IMG/VR virus record: IMGVR_UViG_3300014156_000002
Coordinates: 1 to 53,869 of that record
DNA length: 53,869 nt
Direction: 5' to 3' (one strand)
Source of the DNA: a virus
Taxonomy: Duplodnaviria; Caudoviricetes
The notes beneath the pieces were generated by a model. That model did no database searches. It was not told the DNA's origin and worked only from the letters and a program-made list of their open reading frames with translations. The translations under genes were made by a program, and so were the position numbers. The stretch's first letter is position 1; the number at the start of each line of letters is the position of its first letter. Shown piece by piece: positions 28,757 through 37,736 of the stretch.

Positions 28757-30496
28757 GTGGCTGTGGCCGATCTGCTCGAAAAAATCGGGAAAGGTGCCGA
28801 GACGGTTGGCCGCGTGGCCGGAGATGTGCTTGAGCCGGTTGCCAAGCGCACCGCCGAAGTCATCTCCGGGGAAGCGCCTGAGATCGATGCCGAGCGCCGC
28901 CAGCAGCAGCAATCGCATGAAGAACAATCCCTCGCCGCAAGAGCGCAGGAACTCGAATCGCAGCTTGAGACGGGCCGCAAATATGGCACGCTGACCCCGC
29001 AGCAGCAGCAGGAGTACGTGGATGCCATCACGAAGCTCTACTCGCATCCGAGCCAGATGAAGACGCTGGTCGAGAAGCTGCACAAGGCCGTCCATCCGAA
29101 CGGCGCGGTTTACCAGCCGTATACCGCTCCGCTTGCGAACGCTACGCCAGCAGGTGGAACCGCAGCGGTCGATGCACAGCGGGCGTTGGAGTTGGCATCC
29201 GCGCGCCGCCCGATGAAGGAATACCAAAGCCCTGACGGAAAGAGTCGTGACTGGTTTCTTCCTGGTTCTGAGCCGGAAGGTTGGCAGGCCACTCAGGGCG
29301 GTGGAACGACGCGCCCAGTTCCCTACTACGCGGGCGCGATGAATCTCCAGACAGCGACATCCATGCAGCAGCAGGGTATGGCGTTCCAAGGTGCCGATGG
29401 GGAGCCTTACGACCTCTCAAAACTTCCTCAAGGCTCGGTTCTGATTCCGGTCTATGAGAGCGGAGGAAAGCACTACTGGTCGGTCGGAACAGACAAGGGG
29501 CGCTACGAGACTGCGAACAATCAACGCCTGCTCGAGCCAGCGGTAGGAGGTCCGAATCCAGCAGCTCCGTCGCTTGGCGCGGCGCGGGTGGGCACTACGA
29601 CGACGCAGACGGCACCGGGCGGTGGCCAAGTGGTCACCGGAACGACACGGCCCACGGTTTCAGGCGCGCTCACCGGCGCACAGCCTGTGGCGGCTGCTCC
29701 CCCTTCTACCGGCGCACAGCCTGTGTCTTCGGGGAGTATCCTTCGCGCGCATCCACAGGCAGCGAAGCCGGTCTCTGGCCAGCCTGAAAGCATCCTGCCG
29801 AACATTCAGGGGATGACGCCCCATAACGCAGCGATGGCACAGAAAGCGCAGCCGGCAGTGACGGCGCTGCTCGGTCTCTACGGTGACCCGGCGAACCCCG
29901 GAACGCCTTCGATGGTCGATTACGCGAAGCTGGCCGATGACCCACACGCGCAGAAGACGCTGGGCGAAGCGTTCAAGCTGCTCGATCAGCAGATGGGCGA
30001 GATTTCAGATCCCGGAGTGATCCAGACGCTTGGCACGGCGGCGGGCTGGGCTAACTTCCGCGCGAGAGCCGAGGCAGGAGCGCAGCAGAGCGCTGGCACG
30101 CAGATGACGCCGCAGGAGCGGGCCTACTTCGATGCCGCGATTGCTTCGATGGCCGACATTATCGGCTCACGCTCTGCCACTGGCCAGTCTGCGGCGCGTT
30201 TCAGCGTGCGGGCGATTCAAAACGAATTGCCGCTTATCGGTCTTTCCGGCACTCCCGACTCGGCGAGTTACCTGACCAAAATGCAGACGATTGGCAGGCA
30301 GATTCGCGTCGGATTGAACGGGATGCCTGACAACTCGCGGGCGCTGGCATGGCTCACGAAGCGCGAGGCGGAGATCGCAAAGCAAAAGGGCGGTGTTGGC
30401 GCGGCGCTCGGTGGACAGCATACGCTCGGCGAGCGCAAAACATTTCCGAACGGCAAGACCGGCGCCTGGGACGGAACCGGATGGGTGAAGCAGTAA
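28757..30496 (+). CDS. Putative internal virion (ejection) protein
   Basis: A/Q/G-rich, ends GERKTFPNGKTGAWDGTGW. Confidence 0.55.
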   Translation: MAVADLLEKIGKGAETVGRVAGDVLEPVAKRTAEVISGEAPEIDAERRQQQQSHEEQSLAARAQELESQLETGRKYGTLTPQQQQEYVDAITKLYSHPSQMKTLVEKLHKAVHPNGAVYQPYTAPLANATPAGGTAAVDAQRALELASARRPMKEYQSPDGKSRDWFLPGSEPEGWQATQGGGTTRPVPYYAGAMNLQTATSMQQQGMAFQGADGEPYDLSKLPQGSVLIPVYESGGKHYWSVGTDKGRYETANNQRLLEPAVGGPNPAAPSLGAARVGTTTTQTAPGGGQVVTGTTRPTVSGALTGAQPVAAAPPSTGAQPVSSGSILRAHPQAAKPVSGQPESILPNIQGMTPHNAAMAQKAQPAVTALLGLYGDPANPGTPSMVDYAKLADDPHAQKTLGEAFKLLDQQMGEISDPGVIQTLGTAAGWANFRARAEAGAQQSAGTQMTPQERAYFDAAIASMADIIGSRSATGQSAARFSVRAIQNELPLIGLSGTPDSASYLTKMQTIGRQIRVGLNGMPDNSRALAWLTKREAEIAKQKGGVGAALGGQHTLGERKTFPNGKTGAWDGTGWVKQ

Positions 30497-31830
30497 TGGC
30501 CAAGGAATATCTCGACGAAAACGGCAATCCGGTAGATGCCCCCACGAGGCCGGAGGCGACTGTCGAGGCCGCTCCGCCTGCGCTCTCATGGCGCGGCCTC
30601 AAAGATAAGGCGCTCACCCTGCGCGACAAGGCCATCAATCAGCTTCCCACCGTTGGCGGGATTCTTGGAGGGGTTCTGGGCGGTGGCGCGGGCTTAGAGA
30701 GTGGTCCTGGTGCTGTCGGAACTGCGGCTTTGGGCGCGGGCGCGGGCGGCGTGTTGGGCGAGGATGCGCGGCAGACGCTCACTGAGCATTTCCATCCCGA
30801 AGACAAGAAAATGAAACCCGGCGAGGCTCTCAAGGGGTTGGCTCTTGAAGGTGCTGGGCAGGCGGCGGGCGAGGCGACCGGACAGATGCTGGGCCGCTGG
30901 TTCCGGCCATCGCTTGAAAGCAGCATCAACAAGCTCTGGTTCGCGGCCGATCTTGGACCGAAGACCGATCTCGATGCGGTAATGCCTGAGATCATGGCAG
31001 CAGAGAAGGCTAACCCGGCAAAGACCGTGGGCGACTTCGTGGACGTGGTCGATACGGCGAAGAAGAAGATTGCGCTTGAGGTCGATACCGCGCTCAAAAA
31101 TCAGGTCAGCGTTGGCGGCAAGATGGTTCTGCTTGGCGGTGTCGAGGCCGATGTAACGCCGATTGGAGATGGCATCTGGAAAGCGGCAACGCAGCATCCA
31201 TCGGATGTGCTGGCGAACCCGGCAAAGGCGGCGGCGGCAAAGAATCGCGTGGCCAAGCTCTACGCGACTCCGAAAACCTACGCCTGGCTGAATGACCGGC
31301 GCACCGTGCTCAACCGCGAACTGAATCGCTTCTACGCGATGAAGACGCCGGAAGCGCAGGCGCAGTACCTCTTCCAGCATCCTGACTTCGAGATTGACAA
31401 GGCCGAGGCCGATGCGATCCGCGACGTCGTTTACCCGCAGATGGATAAAGCCGCTGGAAAGCCTGCCGGATACTTTGAGGGGCTGCAACGGAAGCGCGGT
31501 GCCCTGATGTCGATTGAGGACCAGACGCGGGAGCATGTGGACGCTCTGGCTGCGAAGTCGCGCAAGGTGAAAGGCGCTCCGATGGTTGATCCGGTTCGCG
31601 CCTACGGGAGCACTTCGGGGCATGGCGGGTTCACGACGCGCGTGGGGGCGATTCTCGGTCCTCCGAACCCCGAGAGAGCCGCGAACAAGCAAGTAGCGCG
31701 GGCCTTTGAGCACACGCCCAAGACGGCGGTTGGGAAGCTGCTCGGCACACGCCCCGGCATGGAGATCATGAGCCTGCCGCTCAGGGAGCTATTCACGCCA
31801 AGCGAGCCTCAGCCTGCCGCAACGCAATGA
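30496..31830 (+). CDS. Putative internal virion (ejection) protein
   Basis: ATG overlaps the previous stop; YLDENGNP start and a glycine-zipper segment. Confidence 0.55.
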   Translation: MAKEYLDENGNPVDAPTRPEATVEAAPPALSWRGLKDKALTLRDKAINQLPTVGGILGGVLGGGAGLESGPGAVGTAALGAGAGGVLGEDARQTLTEHFHPEDKKMKPGEALKGLALEGAGQAAGEATGQMLGRWFRPSLESSINKLWFAADLGPKTDLDAVMPEIMAAEKANPAKTVGDFVDVVDTAKKKIALEVDTALKNQVSVGGKMVLLGGVEADVTPIGDGIWKAATQHPSDVLANPAKAAAAKNRVAKLYATPKTYAWLNDRRTVLNRELNRFYAMKTPEAQAQYLFQHPDFEIDKAEADAIRDVVYPQMDKAAGKPAGYFEGLQRKRGALMSIEDQTREHVDALAAKSRKVKGAPMVDPVRAYGSTSGHGGFTTRVGAILGPPNPERAANKQVARAFEHTPKTAVGKLLGTRPGMEIMSLPLRELFTPSEPQPAATQ

Positions 31831-32771
31831 TTCTCACGGCCCACTTATTCGACACGATGGATCGCTGCCCGCTCCGTGTGGCCGAGGAGCGCGAATACGA
31901 GCCGCGCAGCATCTCCCCGCTTGGCCTGCTCTACGCCGCCATTGAAGCGGCGCTGACCGGCGCTGACCCCGTACAGGCGTCGAAGGACGCCATTCTCGAC
32001 ATCACGCAACGGCTGGACGTGACTGCCGGCGAACTCAGCCCCATCTCCGTCATCCGGCATGTGGACGCGATGGCCGAAGTGATCGCTCTCGCGCTCAGGG
32101 CTAAATTCAGCCGCATGGCCAAGCCGGACCTGATTCCCTTCGGCGACCATCAGTGGCGGTCCAATCTCTTTGAGGGACGCTCCGGTGACCTCCACAGGCT
32201 CATCCTGGCCTCGCACATGGACGATGACTCCCTACGGTCCTACGCTCACTCGTGGGGCACCATAGGCGAGCTTGCGGCGCTGGAGCGGCCTCTGGCGCTC
32301 ACAGTGGTCATTATCGGGCCACAACGGGGCGGCAGGCGGCACTCAGCATGGGCGAAGGGGTTTCAGCATCCGATTCAGAAAGTGCTGAGGTTCCAGCAGC
32401 GGAAGAAGGCGGACGGGTTCACGACGGGCTGGAAGGAAGTCTGGCGCGAGCAGACCGACATCGCGGCACAGGTGTGGCTTGACCGGATGCGGATGGACGA
32501 CATTCTGCCGGACCTGATCGTCTCGCGGCAGATCGCCTATCGCGCCGATGACGCACGAATGATGCGGGCGCGTAGCGATATGATGACGCTGATTCCAAAG
32601 ATTGAATCGGTGACGCGGGATGAGCCGATGCGGCGGAGTTCGTGTGATGAGCTAGGGCATGGGGCTTGCCCCTATCAGCCGGTGTGCTACTCGCCTACTC
32701 CGGTGACGCCGGGGGAGTTGGAGCATCTGTACCGACGCCGCGAAACGCTTCTTGTAGCGATAACAAGATGA
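31827..32771 (+). CDS. Cas4/AddB-like Cys-pattern protein, possibly a degenerate PD-(D/E)XK nuclease
   Basis: N-terminal RCP plus C-terminal C-x7-CPY-x3-C. Confidence 0.45.
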   Translation: MILTAHLFDTMDRCPLRVAEEREYEPRSISPLGLLYAAIEAALTGADPVQASKDAILDITQRLDVTAGELSPISVIRHVDAMAEVIALALRAKFSRMAKPDLIPFGDHQWRSNLFEGRSGDLHRLILASHMDDDSLRSYAHSWGTIGELAALERPLALTVVIIGPQRGGRRHSAWAKGFQHPIQKVLRFQQRKKADGFTTGWKEVWREQTDIAAQVWLDRMRMDDILPDLIVSRQIAYRADDARMMRARSDMMTLIPKIESVTRDEPMRRSSCDELGHGACPYQPVCYSPTPVTPGELEHLYRRRETLLVAITR

Positions 32772-32892
32772 ACGTCGAAATATCGTAGCGCCGGTCGAAG
32801 GCCATCGCTTCCAAACGCTCAAACAAAGCCACATCCTCCGGGCGCACGAAGCTCAACTGGACGCGCTTCTCACCGGGCTTGAGTTTTGCCAT
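32695..32892 (-). CDS. Small possible ribbon-helix-helix DNA-binding protein
   Basis: RVQLSF strand followed by two helices; GAGG RBS. Confidence 0.45.
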   Translation of the reverse strand: MAKLKPGEKRVQLSFVRPEDVALFERLEAMAFDRRYDISTFILLSLQEAFRGVGTDAPTPPASPE

Positions 32893-33079
32893 TGTCAGCC
32901 TCAATCATCGCTTTCCACCGTTGGGGGAAGTTCCCCTCGCATCCTTCCGTCGAGCAGGCGTGTCCGCTCACTGTGCGAAAGCCGCCGCCGATGGCGAATT
33001 CCTGCCACTCTGCGCGCTTCAATTCTTCCCCGCACACGCACGGGTGGGTAACTGCGTCCAGCCGTATATCTTCGCTCAT
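32870..33079 (-). CDS. Small Cys-containing hypothetical protein
   Basis: AGGAG RBS, coupled to the radical SAM gene. Confidence 0.6.
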   Translation of the reverse strand: MSEDIRLDAVTHPCVCGEELKRAEWQEFAIGGGFRTVSGHACSTEGCEGNFPQRWKAMIEADNGKTQAR

Positions 33080-34485
33080 TGCGTGCTCCTTAGAATCTGT
33101 GTTGGCAATTGCTGCCCCATAGAATGCTCGTAGAGGACTGCGGAGGCGGCGGACGGATATGGGATGCTCAACTCGGTTCTCACGTCACGCTCCAATTCGT
33201 CACGCATCACAGCGATGCGCTTGCGGTCGATGTAATCGGACCACACGAAGGCGCTGTACTCCCCAGGCTTTCCCTTGTAATAGGCTTCCTCGGTCATAAA
33301 ATCCACATCTTCCGAGTAGAGTTTGTCGCCGTGTGTCTCGAAGCAATACGTCCCATCGTTAAGCCTCGCAGCGCGGTCGTAGTAGGGCGTACCCGGATAC
33401 ACGGTGATTACCGTCGCATCGAAGTCATCCGGCTTCTCGGCGATGAGCCACTCTCGGATTGCGAGGATGGTTTCCTCGGACTCTGCCGGGTGGCCGATGG
33501 ACATGAGAGCTTTCACTTTGAGGCCATGCTTATGCGCCGTTCGGAGCATTTTGGTGTTATCTTCGACGGTCGCCTTTTTGTTGATGTTGCGGAGGATGCG
33601 TGGATGCGCTGCCTCGAATCCGCACAGGAGCCAACGGAACCCTGCCGCGTACATTGCCTCGGCCTGTTCGTCGGTGAATAGTTCGGACTTCACAAAGCCG
33701 CGCAGTCTCCAGTCGATTCCCGTGGCCCTGATCTTGTGCATCAGGTCAACCATGCCGCGATTGACGTTTAACTCGTCATCGTAGAACATCATGCCGGTAA
33801 CGCCGTATCGTTCATGGAGAGAAACGAGTTCTCCCACAACTGAATCCGCTGATCGAGTACGGATGCGGCGCAGCATTGCGGAATTTCTTCCTCCGCAAAA
33901 GGCGCACTCGAATGGGCATCCCAATTGAGATACGAGAGAGAGGGCTCGCCGCCCATCGACGGTGTAATGGTAAGAGTCCACGTCCACCAGCGATCGTTCG
34001 GGCCACGCTGACAACTCAAAATCTCCAGATGACTGCCACAGGTCGCACAGCGGATTGTCGGCATCGACTACTCCCTTGCTGTGGAGCGCCGCGAAGACGG
34101 CTTTTTCGCCATCGCCGGCCACCACCGTGTCGAACACTTCCAGCAGCCTCGCCAAGTCCCGTTTGGCTCTTTCCGAGCCCTGCCGAGCGCCTGCGTGAAC
34201 CAGAGTTGCATGGGGACCACCGAGGATCGCTCTCCCGCCGAGCAGCTTGCGGACTCGAATTGCTGCGGGGAGCTGCGGAGTGGTAGCGGTAAATGCGTAA
34301 ACCTCAGCTTGACCACGATAGTCTTTGGCCGCTTGCTCATAATTCGCCACTCCAGAGAGGTCCAGGTGATCGACCGTATGACCGGCTTGCCGGAGAACCG
34401 CGCCCACCTTGAGGATGCCGAGGGTCACGAATACGCGCTCGTCCAGGAGGAACCCGGAGGGCGGCGTGATCAAACACACTTTCAT
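33076..34485 (-). CDS. Cobalamin-binding radical SAM protein
   Basis: N-terminal B12-binding-like domain (LGILKVG, ILGGPHAT, GDGE), GCPFECAFC motif, FYDDEL, GFEA. Confidence 0.92.
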   Translation of the reverse strand: MKVCLITPPSGFLLDERVFVTLGILKVGAVLRQAGHTVDHLDLSGVANYEQAAKDYRGQAEVYAFTATTPQLPAAIRVRKLLGGRAILGGPHATLVHAGARQGSERAKRDLARLLEVFDTVVAGDGEKAVFAALHSKGVVDADNPLCDLWQSSGDFELSAWPERSLVDVDSYHYTVDGRRALSLVSQLGCPFECAFCGGRNSAMLRRIRTRSADSVVGELVSLHERYGVTGMMFYDDELNVNRGMVDLMHKIRATGIDWRLRGFVKSELFTDEQAEAMYAAGFRWLLCGFEAAHPRILRNINKKATVEDNTKMLRTAHKHGLKVKALMSIGHPAESEETILAIREWLIAEKPDDFDATVITVYPGTPYYDRAARLNDGTYCFETHGDKLYSEDVDFMTEEAYYKGKPGEYSAFVWSDYIDRKRIAVMRDELERDVRTELSIPYPSAASAVLYEHSMGQQLPTQILRSTQ

Positions 34486-34670
34486 TGGATATGTGCCCAC
34501 CGTTTCCCGTTGGTGGTTTCGTAGGCTGTCAGGTAACTCACCCCATGCTTTTCAGCTATCTCTCGATAGAGCATACCGCTTTGGCGGTGGTATCTTGAAC
34601 TTGGGGATGTCATATGCGCTCCTTGAAAGCGTGTAGGCTTCGCCGGTGCAATCAACACCGACATCCCCAT
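34482..34670 (-). pseudogene. Possible remnant of an HNH endonuclease C-terminal HTH
   Basis: YREIAEKHGVSYLTAYETTNGKRWAHI resembles HNH-associated terminal HTH; no nuclease domain upstream. Confidence 0.4.
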
Positions 34671-34676
34671 TATATA

Positions 34677-35243
34677 TCAGGCAAATGTGCATGGCTCAGT
34701 CGTCCAGATTGTATCAACAACCCCGAATCTGGCGACGAGCTGATCGACGGCGCGAATGACAGCTTCGTGGTGCGCCACATAGTCGTGGCCGCACAGGACT
34801 CCGCCCGGGGCAAGCAGTGGCCGCCAGGATTCGATGTCTGCAATCACGTCCTCGTAGTTGTGGCCAGCGTCGATAAAGATGAGGTCCAATTTGAGACCGA
34901 GCGATTGTGCTTTTTTCGCCCCATCGACCGATGGCATCCTCCAGCAAGTGAGTTTGTCCCCGATGCGGTCGGAAAGGTTTCTTCTGAACTCAGACCACAG
35001 CCAATCCCGATGCTGGCATAGGTCGGGCGCATCGCCGGGGAATACGGCTCCGTAGGCGTCATCGGCCCATGTGTCAACGCAGAGGACAGTTCCCGGCGTA
35101 TTGTCCGAGAATGCGCGCGCGCTGCGGCCTCTCCAGCTACCGATCTCGGCGATGGCGCTGTGCTGTTGGGCAAGGAATGCAAGATAGGACAACTCCCTGT
35201 CGCTCATCCATCCCGGTATGGTCAGTGCGCGCTCGATGTTCAT
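34677..35243 (-). CDS. Class I SAM-dependent methyltransferase (Methyltransf_24-like)
   Basis: EIGSWRGRS, VDTW, DLIFIDAGHNYE, GGVLCGHDY. Confidence 0.9.
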   Translation of the reverse strand: MNIERALTIPGWMSDRELSYLAFLAQQHSAIAEIGSWRGRSARAFSDNTPGTVLCVDTWADDAYGAVFPGDAPDLCQHRDWLWSEFRRNLSDRIGDKLTCWRMPSVDGAKKAQSLGLKLDLIFIDAGHNYEDVIADIESWRPLLAPGGVLCGHDYVAHHEAVIRAVDQLVARFGVVDTIWTTEPCTFA

Positions 35244-35875
35244 TGGTTGAACGGCGTCAGGAAGGTCTCATGACCTCCGTCGCCTCCCCACTTCGCCCGG
35301 TAATAGTGGCCCCGATAGGGAACCTGAAGCCCGATAAGCCGACTGATGGCGGGGTCAGAATTAAGGCTTGCGCTGCCCTCGTGCTTGACCTCGATTCCCG
35401 ATTCCAGCCTTGAGTAGCCAGCGAGATCGAGACGCCGGTAGGCATCGATGTCAGAACAGTAATCAAAAAAAGCGGTGTCGTATCCCCCGATGGCATCAAA
35501 GGCTGCGGTGTTGTACGCGCAAAGAATGTCGTAAAAGGTGAAGATCACCCCCCACTTTGTACCTACCGAGCACTCGTGCATCGCCCGCTCGTAGAGCCTC
35601 TCGACCGCATCCGGCGCAGGCTCCGCGTCGCAGTGCATCCACATGTAAAACGGCACCCTGCGTTCCTTGGCGATCTTGAGCATGAGGTTTTGAGATTGCG
35701 TGAACGTGAGCGGGACTGGAGGGTGGACCGTCGTGCATGGGGCAACAAACTTCGGGTCGCCGGAATTGTCGATGACGATAGGTTCGGTTGTTAGGCGTCG
35801 CGGGACCAGAGAGACAGCACGCCGCAACAGGTCCAGACGGTTGATGTAGGGGATAAAAACCGGGATTGTGCTCAT
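35240..35875 (-). CDS. GT2-like glycosyltransferase
   Basis: VIDNS, HCDAE, IGGYDTAF..YCSDID. Confidence 0.8.
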   Translation of the reverse strand: MSTIPVFIPYINRLDLLRRAVSLVPRRLTTEPIVIDNSGDPKFVAPCTTVHPPVPLTFTQSQNLMLKIAKERRVPFYMWMHCDAEPAPDAVERLYERAMHECSVGTKWGVIFTFYDILCAYNTAAFDAIGGYDTAFFDYCSDIDAYRRLDLAGYSRLESGIEVKHEGSASLNSDPAISRLIGLQVPYRGHYYRAKWGGDGGHETFLTPFNQ

Positions 35876-35882
35876 CGTGTCC

Positions 35883-36449
35883 TCATTTGCAGAAGTTGGT
35901 TGTGGGCATCACCATCAGCGGCTTCGCGTTCGGGAATGCCCTGTAGGGGTGTTTCAGGAGTGTCGCCGTGAGCCAGATGGCGTCGGAGGCGTAGTCATCG
36001 ACGTTCGGCCATTGCGCGATTTCCTTGCGCACCATCGCGTTTCCGGTGTCGAAGTAGCACGGTTGAGGCGGGTCGAAAAAGAACCGGTTGCCGTGCCGGA
36101 AAATAGGGAAGAGAGCCCACTTTTCCTCGATGCTATCAAGGACTGCTGCGGCATCGGCCAAGGCGTCCGGGTGCGCCAGGTAGTTGTCGTCGTCGAGGTA
36201 GTAGACCCAGTCGCCAGCGGCTATCTCCCAGCCCGCGCGGCGGCAGTTATTGCCATGGTTCCGGCGTGACTCTCCAGACATCCCAAAGACGCGCTGGTCG
36301 GCACTGATCCTTGTGAGGACACCTTGGTCTTCCGGCGAGTCATCGATGACGATGTGCTGCCAATCGCTGAACGTCTGCTCGTCTACCGAGGCACAACATT
36401 TTAGCAGGCTCTCGCGCTGGAGAGTCGGGGTGATGATCGAAAATCTCAT
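35883..36449 (-). CDS. GT2 glycosyltransferase
   Basis: FSIITPT, SVDEQTF, IVIDD, YLDDDN. Confidence 0.9.
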   Translation of the reverse strand: MRFSIITPTLQRESLLKCCASVDEQTFSDWQHIVIDDSPEDQGVLTRISADQRVFGMSGESRRNHGNNCRRAGWEIAAGDWVYYLDDDNYLAHPDALADAAAVLDSIEEKWALFPIFRHGNRFFFDPPQPCYFDTGNAMVRKEIAQWPNVDDYASDAIWLTATLLKHPYRAFPNAKPLMVMPTTNFCK

Positions 36450-36492
36450 CTAGCTGGCGGTGTCTCCTTTTTGTGTGTGGTGATGTTCGTTG

Positions 36493-37665
36493 TTATTGTA
36501 GCCCTTCCCTAAACCATTTCTCCCAAGCCGGCCACAGCGTATCTCCCTGCCAGTCCACATGCTCCGGCAACAGGCTCACGCTCGATTGCTGTTTCCGTTG
36601 CAGCGCCGCTGCCTCTGCCGCGTCCGCCCACTTCGCCGGGTCATGCACCGGCCGCTTCGAGCAGAACGCGCCCTCGTAGAAGTACGCCACGGGATCAATC
36701 TGCGTCTCCTTCGGCACGAACTCAGCCTGCGCCCCGTAGCTCCCGGCAATGGTAGGCACGCCACAGGCCAGTGACTCCCCAGAGGCATATCCGAAGCCCT
36801 CCGGGGCGATTGAGAGCGTCACATCGCAGGCCGAGTACATCCACGCCATCTGCTCGTCGCTGAAGCGATTGAGGGTCACCGCAGCGCGCCCCTGTAGCCC
36901 GTAATCGACGATCAGGTTGCCAATGGACCAGTAGCGGTCGAGAACGTCCGTGTGGCACCACACGCGAATGTCGAGGCCACGGTCAAGCAGAATCTTCGAG
37001 ACCTCCATGCCAAGCTGCCAGTTCTTTCGCGCCTGGTTCGTGGCTACAATGCCGATGAGCAGAGAGTCTTTCTTGAGTCCCTGAAACCCTTGCTGTATGA
37101 ATAGCTCGCGTGCCTCTTTGTGGGGGCGCGGGTAGAACATGCTTGTGTCGATGCCGTGCGGAAGATGCTCGGGGTTGCCGGTGATCCGCGAAGAGAAGGC
37201 GCTATAGTCGAGCACGCGGTCAAAGCCCTTCATGGTCTGCGCGATGCGATGGGAAAGATGGCCGTTCGGCCCCTCGGCATCGATGGCGTGGTAGGCCCAC
37301 TTCTTCATGCTGGCCTTTTCGACCCACTGGCGAAGCTGCGGGTTCGGGCACGTCGCCGGGATGCCCATCCAGTAGAGGCGCGACATATCCCAGACGCAGA
37401 ATAAAATTCCTTCCTCGTCGCCCACAAAATCATTCCAGATCAGAGGCAGTTCCGGTACGAGCCAGTTATCGACCGTGTGCGTGTGGAACTCCTTGAAGGG
37501 GATGGAACGGGAGCCGTTGCCGCCGTAGCCGACTGAGCCGACCTCGTACACGTCGCCAAGATGTTCATGAACGCGCAGGGCGAGATCGCGGGTGATGCGG
37601 GCAAGACCGGAGGTTGTGGACACGGAATCGGACAGTAAGAGAATTTTCTTGCGAGAACTCGGCAT
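36493..37665 (-). CDS. GT4 (GT-B) glycosyltransferase
   Basis: TSGLARIT, PHGID..F, NQARKN, EGFG..ESLACGVP. Confidence 0.9.
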   Translation of the reverse strand: MPSSRKKILLLSDSVSTTSGLARITRDLALRVHEHLGDVYEVGSVGYGGNGSRSIPFKEFHTHTVDNWLVPELPLIWNDFVGDEEGILFCVWDMSRLYWMGIPATCPNPQLRQWVEKASMKKWAYHAIDAEGPNGHLSHRIAQTMKGFDRVLDYSAFSSRITGNPEHLPHGIDTSMFYPRPHKEARELFIQQGFQGLKKDSLLIGIVATNQARKNWQLGMEVSKILLDRGLDIRVWCHTDVLDRYWSIGNLIVDYGLQGRAAVTLNRFSDEQMAWMYSACDVTLSIAPEGFGYASGESLACGVPTIAGSYGAQAEFVPKETQIDPVAYFYEGAFCSKRPVHDPAKWADAAEAAALQRKQQSSVSLLPEHVDWQGDTLWPAWEKWFREGLQ

Positions 37666-37736
37666 TTCCACAATATACCCCCTCATTCCGCCCCTCTCAA
37701 ACATTACTTTTGCGCGTTACGCTGTATCATGGCCAC
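37666..37736. promoter_or_regulatory. Divergent promoters, both probably leaderless
   Basis: Minus strand: TTGAGA-17-TATATT then 6 nt to ATG 37665. Plus strand: TATCAT then 6 nt to ATG 37737. Confidence 0.65.

Noticed and set aside
13465-31713. Long antisense ORFs (e.g. 13465-14346, 16553-17335, 18357-19445, 24194-25216, 30694-31713)
   Set aside because: They are shadows of GC-rich plus-strand structural genes and carry no recognisable motifs.
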